A DNA stretch of 64,000 bases from Dendrobates tinctorius (taxonomy: Eukaryota): NCBI RefSeq assembly GCF_039654945.1, contig NW_027361937.1, positions 8,308,001 through 8,372,000 of the forward strand, given 5' to 3'. The position numbers and the translations under genes were made by a program. This document shows, piece by piece, positions 37,223 to 48,500 of the stretch. Positions within the stretch are counted from its first letter, which is position 1. Each line of letters begins with the position of its first letter. The notes beneath the pieces are model-generated. The model saw only the letters and a program-made list of their open reading frames with translations, was not told the origin of the DNA and made no database searches.

Positions 37223-40200
37223 CTATGTGTCATCAGGGGAAGGTGGGACAAAATCCTTGGAAACCCATGCATGGTTCATTTTAATGAAGGTTAGATCATC
37301 CACATTTTGGGTTGACAGACGGGTCCTTTTTTCTGTCAGGATTGATCCAGCTGCACTGAAGACTCTTTCCGATAGCGCACTTGCAGCTGGGCAAGCGAGC
37401 TCCTGTAAGGCATATTGTGCCAATTCAGGTCAGGTGTCCAGTTTAGCGGCCCAATAGTCAAAGGGGAATTACCTGTGTGGGAGAACATCGATATGGGAGG
37501 AAAAGTAGTTTGTAACCATAGTTGACAACTGCTGTCTCCTGTCACTTTCCATCGATGCAGTATTACCAGTTGTGTGAGCGGTCCGTGAAAAATCAGTCCA
37601 CAACATTGTCATGAAACATTTTCACCTGACCCACTAGATGCATCCTCCTCCCCTAAGTAATCATCCCCATCATCATCCTCCTCCTCCTCTTCTTCCTCCA
37701 CCTCGTCCAGGAGAGGTCCCTGAGCAGACAATGGCTGAATGTCATCAAGGATTCCCTCCTCCTCTTCCTCCTCATCAACATTGGCTGCAGACGCCTGCTT
37801 CTTAAGGTGCGTCAAAGTTTGCATGAGCAGACGCATAAGTGGGATGCTCATGCTTAGGATGGCGTCGTCTGCGCTTACCAGCCGTGTGCATTCCTCAAAA
37901 CACTGAAGGACTTTACAGAGGTCTTTCAGCTTCGACCACTGCACACCTGTCAACTCCATGTCTGCTCTCAAAGTGCCTGGCCGTGTATCCTCCCACAAAT
38001 GCATTATGGCCTGCCTCTGCTCACACAGCCGCTCCACCATGTGCAGGGTGGAGTTCCACCTTGTTGCAATGTCGATAATGAGGCGGTGGTTGGGAAGGTG
38101 GAGCAATCGCTGCAGCTTCTGCATACGAACGGAGTGTACAGGCGACCGGCGGATGTGCGCGCACAGTCTTCGCACCTTCTGGAGCAGGGCTGTTAACTCC
38201 GGATAATTTTTGAGGAAGCACTGCACCACCAGGTTCAAGGTGTGAGCCAAGCAAGGTATGTGGCTGAGTTTTGAAAGGGCTATGGCTGCCACAAAATTAC
38301 GGCCGTTATCACTAACTACCTTGCCTGCCTCAAGATGTACACTTCCCAGCCATGACTCAGTTTGTCGCTTCAAGTACTCGGCCAGCACCTCGGCGGTGTG
38401 ACTGTCGCCTGAACACATCATCTGCAACACAGCCTACTGACGCTTTCCACTAGCTGCTCAATAGGGGGACACCTCTTGTGCAACAGTGGCAGCTGCAGAT
38501 GGAGTGCTCGTACGACTGCGCTCTGTGGACTAGCTTTCGCTTCTGGAGGAGGAGGAGGAGGGTCGAACGCCTACAGCCAACTGTTTCCTATACCGTGGGC
38601 TAGGCAGAACTGTCCCACCACCGCTGTCCCCTGTGGACCCTGCATCCACCACATTAACCCAGTGCGCAGTGATGGACACGTAACGGCCCTGGCCATGCCG
38701 ACTGGACCATGCATCAGTTGTGAGGTGCACCTTTCCACTCACTGACTGCTTGAGTGCATGGACAATGCGGTCTTTTACATGATGGTGGAGGGCTGGGATG
38801 GCTTTGCGAGAGAAGAAGTGGCGACTGGGCAGGTCATAGCGTGGTACTGCATAGGCCATGAGTTCGCGGAAAGCTGCGCTTTCCACCAACCGATAGGGCA
38901 TCATCTCAAACGAGATTAGTTTGGCAATGTGGGCGTTCAAACCCAGTGTACGCGGATGAGAGACTGAGTACTTTCTTGACCTACTCATAGTGTCTGGGAG
39001 GGTGAGCTGGACTTGAGAGCTGCATATGGTGGAAGTAGCGGTGGACAGGGCGGACTGAGAGAGGGTTGATGATGGTGATGGAGTTGGTGTTCTTTCTGAT
39101 GGCCTAGAGTCAGTATTTCGTTGATATAACAGTGGGATTCCCTGACTGCTGTGGCCTTGCAACGACACCTCAACATTTGCTGCTGTGCTAACCGGTGGGC
39201 TTACAGTGGGGGAAACAATGTAGCGTTGTTGACTACCTTCTTTGTGATCAGTTGCACATGTGGCACTTGAGGTTTGGTGTTGTGTCCACGCTTGCAAGTG
39301 CATGGTGGTTAAATGTCTAAGCATGCAACTGGTATTCAAATTTTTCAGATTTTTCCCTCGGCTAAAGGTCTTTGCGCACTTCTTACAGATAACCTTGGCC
39401 TGATCATGAGGATTTTGTTCAAAAAAGTGCCACACTGCACTCTTCCTACTTTGGCAGACATTTTGCGGCCTAGCACGCTGTGATCTTTTGACCGTCTGGA
39501 CAAGCTGTCCAGCAACTCTTTTGATTTTTGGAACCTGTCTTTGGAGTGCTCCGGGCCTGCCAGATAACAGCTGTTGCGATGTCGATGTCTGCTGTGGATG
39601 CTCCTCCTCATCTGAGCTATTGGAAGCAGCACCCTCTTCCCCCAATGGATGCCAATCTGGGTCAACAACTGGGTCATCCATCACCTCCTCTTCAATGTCA
39701 TGTACACCTTCCTCTGTGTCACCGTGTATGGTGGTATAGTGTGCGGGAAGGGGCACCTGAGTCTCATCAGGGTCAGAATCTGGCTCTGTACACTGCGAGG
39801 ACAATGTAGTGCTCTGAGTGAATGTACCAGCAGAATCATCTATCAGCGGCTGTGCATCAGTGCACTCCATGTCAGATTCATCTTGGCCTGGGTAATTCAC
39901 CATTTCACTTGATAATCCAGGCATGGTATGTGAAAACAGCTCCATAGAGTAATCAGTAGTATGGCCTGCGTCATCCTTCAATCTTGGTTGGGGTGAAGGA
40001 CACAAGGAAAGGTGTGGTTCATGAACATGAGCCTCCAATGACGACTCAGTGCTTTTATTTTTTACAACTTCAGAAGAGGAGGCGATAGAGCTGGAGGCTG
40101 CGTCAGCAATGTAAGACAAAACTTTTTCCTGAAGCTCTGGCTTTAAAAGCAGTTTGCCAACTCCTAGAAAACTAAGCCTTCGAGGCCTTGTGGAGCCAGA

Positions 40201-40338
40201 CGATGACGCAGGCTCAACACCTCCTGCATTCGGTCCTATTTTGCTTTTGCCACTACCATCAGATCCACCACCAACACCATCATTACCAGCTGCCAACCCC
40301 CGCCCAATTCCACGGCCTCTTCCACCAGCCTTCCTCAT
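37223..40338 (-). pseudogene. hAT transposase pseudogene, copy 2 (BED zinc finger, DDE, C-terminal dimerisation region)
   Basis: ATG at 40338 (MRKAGGRG); BED finger; VHLTTDAW, VSDNG, CLAH, TRWNST, SERVFS. Three in-frame stops at ~38435-38532 and a ~420-bp deletion at ~37610 relative to copy 1. Confidence 0.93.
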
Positions 40339-40414
40339 TTTTGGTAGAAATGTAGACAAAATCCAACAAACTATATAGTAATGTAAAACAAGGTACAAGG
40401 TGTCTATAGGACAG

Positions 40415-41392
40415 GGGAGATTTTGAATTTCTGCAGACACTAGTGGACACTGGACACTTTTGGATTGTGTGAGGCCCACTGAATATCAGAGCGCTATGTC
40501 ACAGGCTCGATGGCACAGGTGTGAAAAAAGTGACTACAGGATAAGGGAGATTTTGAATTTCTGCAGACACTAGTGGACACTGGACACTTTTGGATTGTGT
40601 GAGGCCCACTGAATATCAGAGCGCTATGTCACAGGCTCGATGGCACAGGTGTGAAAAAAGTGACTACAGGATAAGGGAGATTTTGAATTTCTGCAGACAC
40701 TAGTGGACACTGGACACTTTTGGATTGTGTGAGGCCCACTGAATATCAGAGCGCTATGTCACAGGCTCGATGGCACAGGTGTGAAAAAAGTGACTACAGG
40801 ATAAGGGAGATTTTGAATTTCTGCAGACACTAGTGGACACTGGACACTTTTGGATTGTGTGAGGCCCACTGAATATCAGAGCGCTATGTCACAGGCTCGA
40901 TGGCACAGGTGTGAAAAAAGTGACTACAGGATAAGGGAGATTTTGAATTTCTGCAGACACTAGTGGACACTGGACACTTTTGGATTGTGTGAGGCCCACT
41001 GAATATCAGAGCGATATGTCACAGGCTCGATGGCACAGGTGTGAAAAAAGTGACTACAGGATAAGGGAGATTTTGAATTTCTGCAGACACTAGTGGACAC
41101 TGGACACTTTTGGATTGTGTGAGGCCCACTGAATATCAGAGCGCTATGTCACAGGCTCGATGGCACAGGTGTGAAAAAAGTGACTACAGGATAAGGGAGA
41201 TTTTGAATTTCTGCAGACACTAGTGGACACTGGACACTTTTGGATTGTGTGAGGCCCACTGAATATCAGAGAGCTATGTCACAGGCTCGATGGCACAGGT
41301 GTGAAAAAAGTGACTACAGGATAAGGGAGATTTTGAATTTCTGCAGACACTAGTGGACACTGGACACTTTTGGATTGTGTGAGGCCCACTGA
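40415..41392. repeat. 130-bp tandem array, 7.5 almost identical units, upstream of the transposase ATG
   Basis: ttttgaattt at 40421, 40551, 40681, 40811, 40941, 41071, 41201, 41331. Confidence 0.97.
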
Positions 41393-42084
41393 CGCTGTAT
41401 GGTGTGAAAAAATGCACGCTCAGTACCTCAGCAGGACAAAAAAAAAAATTGGGATTGCTTTTAAAAAAGCAGTTTACAGAGCAGTGGGTAAACAGCAATG
41501 CAGCTGTCAGGAAGCCTTAGAAGGCAGCCTAACAACCAACACCGCTGATCCACCACAATATAGCCTCCCCTTGCACTGCACACACAGTGACTGGTGTGTT
41601 GTACAGGCAAAATCGCTAGCAGCAGAAGCAGTTTTTTTTTCTTCTTCCCTGCCTAACGCTCTCCCTACAGAATCAGCAACCTCTCCCTATGCTAAGATCG
41701 GCAGCAGTAAGATGGCGGTCGGCGTGCACGCCCTTTTATAACCCCTGTGACGCCCACCAAAGCAAGCCAATCACTTGCATGCCCTTCTGAAAGATGGTGG
41801 TGACCCCTGTCTATGTCATCACGTTGCCCACAGTGTCCCTGGATCCTGATTGGCTGAAAAAGAGCGCAAAACAAACTTTTGAAACGCGACTTTGGCGCGT
41901 AAGTCGCCGACCTCGTGGCCGGCCTCATCCTAGGGTCGGGTTTCGTTTCATGATACCCGACTTTGCCAAAAGTCGGCGACTTTTGAAATTTTTCGACCCG
42001 TTTCGCTCAACTCTACATATGAGAGTTTCAGTACATATAGATGTTTTATATATTTATTTTTGGTTCCACAACAGAACATCTACA

Positions 42085-42270
42085 TTGTGTGGTCAATGAG
42101 CGGAACAGGCAGCCACGTGAGGTGGTGAGTTGTCCTTCAATGGATGTCTTCAAACAGCGGCTGCACAGACATATGTCTGAGATGGTTTAATGACTTCTGC
42201 ATTGAGCAGGGGGTTGGACACGATGACCCTGGACGTCCATTCCAACTCTAATATTCTATGATTTTATTTT
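42085..42270 (+). mobile_element. CR1 3'-end fragment
   Basis: gggggttggac..gatgacc..ttccaactc..attctatga, a CR1-type 3' terminus. Confidence 0.65.
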
Positions 42271-42469
42271 ATTGTCCATTCATTAATTGCACACCTTTGC
42301 ACTAGCACTTTTTCTGCTAATGAATTGGTTCAATATATCTAGTTTTTATGTCCTATTTAGGCCCGGTATTGCAAATATATTGCAGTATTCACATTATATC
42401 ATATTTTATAGCACAGACTGGCAGTGGTAAGAGCTTTCCTGGTGGTGAGTAACTATGACAAGATGAAAA

Positions 42470-42770
42470 ATAATTTAATTGTTGAGGCTCTTTACTTTAT
42501 ATAAATGTACAATTTCTTTTTATTTAAAGACTCCCTCTTCCTGCAGTTTCAGGGGAATACCATGGGGGTGGCCTGTGCGCCCTCTTATGCCAACCTCTTT
42601 TTGGGGCTGTGGGAGAGGGAGATCTTTTTTACCAACACAGACTCCATGGTTCAGCTGGTTCACATCTGGTGCTGATAGATCGACAATGCTTTGTTGATAA
42701 GCCAGGGCCCTATTAGTAATCTTGATATTTTCATATCCCATCTCAATGAAAAAAGCAATTACGAGTATGT
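42470..42770 (+). pseudogene. Penelope-like reverse transcriptase remnant
   Basis: FLQFQGNTMGVACAPSYANLFLGLWE followed by a decayed (RY)IDD-like motif. Confidence 0.7.
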
Positions 42771-44601
42771 TAAACCCATACCCAGACATTTTTTGTTAAC
42801 ACATGGATATAATGAAGCACTGTTACAAGTGAGTGGCATTGAATGTATTATCCCAGGTCCACAAGGGGGTGACTGGAAACAACGTCTTGCCAAGAAGGAA
42901 GTACAAATGGATTTTTACATTGAAAACACACAGTTCATGTGGCCTTAATGAACAAACTTCCCATGATCTTTTTCTATGGTCCGTTAATTATAATAATTTT
43001 TAATCATTTTTTGCATCCTATTTATAATTGAGTTTAATTTTCTTATTATTTTTGAGCCTTCTTCTTCCCTACTTTGTATGTGGAGATATATCCCCTTAGT
43101 AGAAACTTGCATGGCGCATGCATCATATGTACCACCTTAAGGAGGACTACTCATAACTCTATACAGAGCTCCCTTTTCCTTCCTGTACCTTCTCCCCCCT
43201 TTCTAAACCCTTCGTCCTCTCCTCCTGTCACCCCCTTTTAACCTTTTTTCCCCTTGTTTTATTATATTTCACTTTTGTTTTTTTCAGATTGGAGTGCCAT
43301 TGTTGCTCTATTACATCTGGTTATATACAGTTCTGGCAAAAATTAAGAGACCACTGCAAAATTTTCCGTTTGTCTGATTTTTCTCTTTATAGGTATATTT
43401 TTGAGGAAAATGTAAATTGCTCTTTTATTCTAGAAACTACTGACAGCATGTCTTCGAATTTAAAAGCACTAAATTTGTATTTATCTTCAGAAAATGAGAA
43501 ATGGTCAAAATAACAAAAAATGCAGTGCTTTTAGACCTCAAATAATGCTAAGAAAACAAGTTCATAATCATTTAGAAACAACAATACTAATGTTTTACCT
43601 CAGGAAGAGTTCAGCATTCAATATTTTGTGGAACAACCATGATTTTTAATCACAGCTTTCATGCGTCTTGGCATGCTTTCCACCAGTCTTTCACACTGCA
43701 TTTGGGTGACCTTATGCCATTCCTAGTACAAAAATTTAAGCAGTTCTTCATTGTTTGATGGCTTGTGACTATCCATCTTCCTCTTGATTACATTCCAGAG
43801 GTTTTCAATGGGGTTCAGGTCTGGAGATTGGGCTGGCCATGACAGGGATTTGATGTGGTGGTCTTTCATCCACACATTGATTGACCTAGCTGTGTGACAT
43901 AGCGCATTGCCCTGCTGGAAAAACCAGTCCTCAGAGTTGGGGGACATTGCCTGAGCAGAAGTAATCAACTGTTTTTCCAGGATAACCTTGTATGCAGCTT
44001 GATTCATACGTCCTTCGCAAAGATTAATCTGCCCAATTCCAGCCTTGCTAAAGCATCCCCAGATCATCACCGATCTTCCACCAAATTTCACAGTGGGTGC
44101 AAGACACTGTGGCTTGTATGCCTCTCCAGGTCTCCGTAAGAATGAAAGACAGCAAAATGTGCTGGAGTGGGTTATCAAAATCATAGTGATTTAGATGTGT
44201 TGGTAATCACAACCAAGATTCCAGCACATGAATGGATAGTGCAGAACACACTGCATATAACCATAGCAACTGACGAAAAGCAGTGAAAAAGTCCTCATAT
44301 CACAAGGTAAAGTGCAAAGTAGGTTTTTATTGAAAGGTGAAACAAACAGAACATGGCTAAAAAGTGACATTGGTAGGAAAAGAAAGGCCGGGTGACCATG
44401 GCAGCTCCAAATAAATAGTCATGAGAAATACATGAACATTGTGAAGTGTCTAACTGTCTAAACATAAATAATGTTTGCCCATGGTCGTGACCATAACTAC
44501 AGGGAAAAAATTCCTACATGAATGATGACAGGCAAAAACATACAATATGGTAATAAAGGGGGCACTTACACAAGAAGGAGCAGCAAGGGAGACCACAGCC
44601 G

Positions 44602-44649
44602 TACCCCAACGCGCGGCGTTTCGGCGATAATGCCTTCCTCAGGGGGCAT
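44602..44649 (-). ncRNA. Type I hammerhead ribozyme motif in the Penelope 3' region
   Basis: UGCCCC-CUGAGGA-A-GGC-auuauc-GCC-GAA-ACGC-cgc-GCGU-U-GGGGUA: all three helices and the core are present; cleavage triplet GUU. Confidence 0.8.
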
Positions 44650-45283
44650 GTGTAACTGCTGACAAAGGCCCATTATATAGGGGAAGTGAAAGTGAAAGTA
44701 AAATCATGCCCAGGATCAAGACACACCCACCCATCGGTCACAGCTAATGCATACAAATCACAGGGGATGGTTGCAAGTGAAAGCACCAATCACGTCCAAG
44801 CACCGGACACACCCACCATCCCAGCCATTGAACACCGCTGACGTAGACAAAACACGGGGCCCCGTGCAGTCAAACGTCAGACGGTGGGCAGGAGGGAGGA
44901 GGGTGATGTCACGTGGTCCGTGACGCAATCGGCGCATGCGCAGTATGGACAGAGTCAACAGCGGCCATTTTGGAAAGGGGAAAAATGTAGGGGCAAAGCT
45001 GGAATCCGCACCAGCATATACTTAACAAAGTGTATAGCAGCCAATATAACGATAGACATAGGGGAGGCCAAAGTAGAATGGATATCATACTAAGTACAGG
45101 CAACCAATGGGTAGATAAATGTATCTATATCTGTATCTCTCTCTCTTACGGCACTATAATGTGTGCATGAGACAAGTAAATGTGAGAAAATGATAACAAT
45201 AATAATAATACAAAAATGAAATAAAAGGAGTCCATACAAGAACCTAACTACACATGAACCAAATCAGGCTAGAAAAGGACATA

Positions 45284-46889
45284 CAGTGGGGAAAAAAAGT
45301 ATTTAGTCAGTCAGCAATAGTGCAAGTTCCACCACTTAAAAAGATGAGAGGCGTCTGTAATTTACATCATAGGTAGACCTCAACTATGGGAGACAAACTG
45401 AGAAAAAAAAATCCAGAAAATCACATTGTCTGTTTTTTTTTCATTTTATTTGCATATTATGGTGGAAAATAAGTATTTGGTCAGAAACAAGCAATCAAGA
45501 TTTCTGGCTCTCACAGACCTGTAACTTCTTCTTTAAGAGTCTCCTCTTTCCTCCACTCATTACCTGTAGTAATGGCACCTGTTTAAACTTGTTATCAGTA
45601 TAAAAAGATACCTGTGCACACCCTCAAACAGTCTGACTCCAAACTCCGCTATGGTGAAGACTAAAGAGCTGTCAAAGGACACCAGAAACAAAATTGTAGC
45701 CCTGCACCAGGCTGGGAAGACTGAATCTGCAATAGCCAACCAGCTTGGAGTGAAGAAATCAACTGTGGGAGCAATAATTAGAAAATGGAAGACATACAAG
45801 ACCACTGATAATCTCCCTCGATCTGGTGCTCCACGCAAAATCCCACCCCGTGGGGTCAGAATGATCACAAGAACGGTGAGCAAAAATCCCAGAACCACGG
45901 GGGGGGACCTAGTGAATGAACTGCAGAGAGCTGGGACCAATGTAACAAGGCCTACCATAAGTAACACACTACGCCACCATGGACTCAGATCCTGCAGTGC
46001 CAGACGTGTCCCACTGCTTAAGCCTGTACATGTCCGCGCCCATCTGAAGTTTGCTAGAGAGCATTTGGATGATCCAGAGGAGTTTTGGGAGAATGTCCTA
46101 TAGTCTGATGAAACCAAACTGGAACTGTTTGGTAGAAACACAACTTGTCGTGTTTGGAGGAAAAAGAATACTGAGTTGCATCCATCAAACACCATACCTA
46201 CTGTAAAGCATGGTGGTGGAAACATCATGCTTTGGGGCTGTTTCTCTGCAAAGGGACCAGGACGACTGATCCGGGTACATGAAAGAATGAATGGGGCCAT
46301 GTATCGTGAGATTTTGAGTGCAAACCTACTTCCATCAGCAAGGGCATTGAAGATGAAACGTGGCTGGGTCTTTCAACATGACAATGATCCAAAGCACACC
46401 GCCAGGGCAACGAAGGAGTGGCTTCGTAAGAAGCATTTCAAGGTCCTGGAGTGGCCTAGCCAGTCTCCAGATCTCAACCCTATAGAAAACCTTTGGAGGG
46501 AGTTGAAAGTCCGTGTTGTCAAGCGAAAAGCCAAAAACATCACTGCTCTAGAGGAGATCTGCATGGAGGAATGGGCCAACATACCAACAACAGTGTGTGG
46601 CAACCTTGTGAAGACTTACAGAAAACGTTTGACCTCTGTCATTGCCAACAAAGGATATATCACAAAGTATTGAGATGAAATTTTGTTTCTGACCAAATAC
46701 TTATTTTCCACCATAATATGCAAATAAAATGAAAAAAAAACAGACAATGTGATTTTCTGGATTTTTTTTTCTCAGTTTGTCTCCCATAGTTGAGGTCTAC
46801 CTATGATGTAAATTACAGACGCCTCTCATCTTTTTAAGTGGTGGAACTTGCACTATTGCTGACTGACTAAATACTTTTTTTCCCCACTG
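45284..46889 (+). mobile_element. Full-length DD34E Tc1 with long TIRs, 1606 bp
   Basis: ~205-bp near-perfect TIRs (cagtggggaaaaaaagtatttag..), TA on both sides. Confidence 0.95.
45651..46673 (+). pseudogene. 340-codon Tc1 transposase with one nonsense codon
   Basis: TAG at 46101-46103 in place of Trp in VL(W)SDETK; frame otherwise open; FQHDND-34-E. Confidence 0.93.
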
Positions 46890-47148
46890 TATATACACAG
46901 CATTATGTTGGCCCAAATGCAGAAAAAAAAAAAAAAAAGAGAGAAATGTCCAGTCCAGTGCAAAAATCAAGAGACCAGGTTGGGCGTGTAGTGAGGATCC
47001 GTTAGGCATCACATCCCCATGGAACAGGACTGAAATGTTCATCCACATGAGGGGCCGAGAGGCAGCAGAAACACGAAGTCACTATAATAAGAATAAAATA
47101 AATTAAAAACATGCTAAAAAACATACAAACCAATATCACATAAATGGA

Positions 47149-48221
47149 TTATAGGAAAGGAGCAAAAGAGAGGCTCTCATTAAGGCCATGTGGGTGAACA
47201 GTCTTGAGTCGCCAGATCCACCGGGCTTCGAGCTGGCTGAGTCTTTTGGACAAACCCCCGCCTCGGACATCAATTTTAAGCGCATCAATACCTTTAACCT
47301 TCAATAGGGCAGCGTCACAGTCATGGAAATCAAAAAAATGACGTGGTATGGTTCTGAGGGTAGCGGGGTCATCATGTGTGCGTGCCGCTAGGATGCCCAG
47401 CACATGTTCCCTCACTCTTACTTTAAGTTGGCGTGTTGTGAGGCCGATATAAATCAGGCCACAAGGGCAGGTGGCATAATATATGACATATCTAGTGGTA
47501 CAAGTTATTCTCTGACGAATATCATATGTAGTGGTACCACTAGAGTCACAAAAAGAGTTATCACGTATTATATTGGGACATGCCACACAACCACCACACG
47601 GGACACAGCCACCCCCAGGACTAAGTTTATCCAAGAAGGTCTGTGGTTTACGAGCAATGTAATGACTGGAGACCAAATGGTCTCTAAGATTCTTAGAGCA
47701 CCTAAAGGACATGGATGGTCTAGGGGATAGAAATTGATTGATAATCGGGTCAACCCGAAGGATCGGCCAGGCTCTCTGTAAGGCCATACGTACCTGGTTG
47801 GACCTCGAGCTAAATGTAGTAACGAACCTAATAGTCCCATTTTTATTTGGGCGCTGGACAAATTCAGAGCGATATAAAAGATCATGGCGGGAAGCATACT
47901 TGGCCCTATTAAGAGCCCGCTTGATGGACCTGTGGCTATAGCCACGTACCAGAAAACGTTGGCGCAAAATTTCAGCCTGCCTAAAAAAATCTTCGTCCGT
48001 GGAGCAGATCCTACGAAGACGTAGGAACTGCCCCACGGGAACGGCACGAATAATGTGCTTCGGATGGCTAGAACTAGCATGTAACAAAGAATTAGTGGCG
48101 GTTGCCTTCCTGAAGATGTCCGTCTGCAGGACCCCAGCGCGGTCCCTCTTGATAGTAACATCTAAAAAATCAAGGGACTCCCCACTATATGAAAACGTTA
48201 GATGGATATTCAGATCGTTGA
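47149..48221 (-). CDS. Penelope-like RT C-terminus, Cys-rich linker and GIY-YIG endonuclease (5'-truncated)
   Basis: LDFLDV, TDIFRKAT, SSHP, GQFLRLRRICS, CVPCGGCVAC, VIY..CPCGLIYIGLTTR..R..EH, HPHGLN. Confidence 0.9.
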
Positions 48222-48500
48222 CCTCTCCAGGTCTCCGTCTAACCATTAGACAACCAGGTGTTGGGCAATGCTAAAAATTAGACTTATCAGAGAAGATTAC
48301 CTTCCTCTATTGGCAAACTTCAGCTTGGCTCTCATTTGCTTCTCATTGATGAAAGGCTTTTTTCTAGCTTTTTATGACTTGAGCCCTGCCTCTAGGAGCC
48401 TGTTACAAACTATTCTTGCCATGCACTTCACCCCAGCTGCCATTTGCCAGTCCTTTTGTAGGTCACTTGAAGTCATCCTGCGGTTGCTGAGTGACATTTG

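Larger units (their letters stand above)
34574..42015 (-). mobile_element. hAT transposon copy 2 with both ends intact, 7442 bp
   Basis: Perfect 13-bp TIR tagagttgagcga/tcgctcaactcta; perfect 8-bp TSD catatgag at 34566-34573 and 42016-42023; hAT transposase pseudogene inside. Confidence 0.96.
44138..48221 (-). mobile_element. 5'-truncated Penelope-like element (Neptune-like) with 17-bp TSD
   Basis: cctctccaggtctccgt at 44121-44137 and 48222-48238; RT C-terminus plus GIY-YIG ORF; hammerhead in 3' region. Confidence 0.9.

Noticed and set aside
38530-40479. 649-aa ORF as a domesticated ZBED gene
   Set aside because: It lies within TIRs and a TSD, ends at a premature stop before most catalytic residues, and its first 47 codons derive from the array and leader.
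40415-41392. CRISPR-like regular repeats (also 24980-27660)
   Set aside because: Units are contiguous with no unique spacers, no cas genes, eukaryotic context.
45560-46300. 246-aa antisense ORF
   Set aside because: Shadow frame of the Tc1 transposase; no independent evidence.
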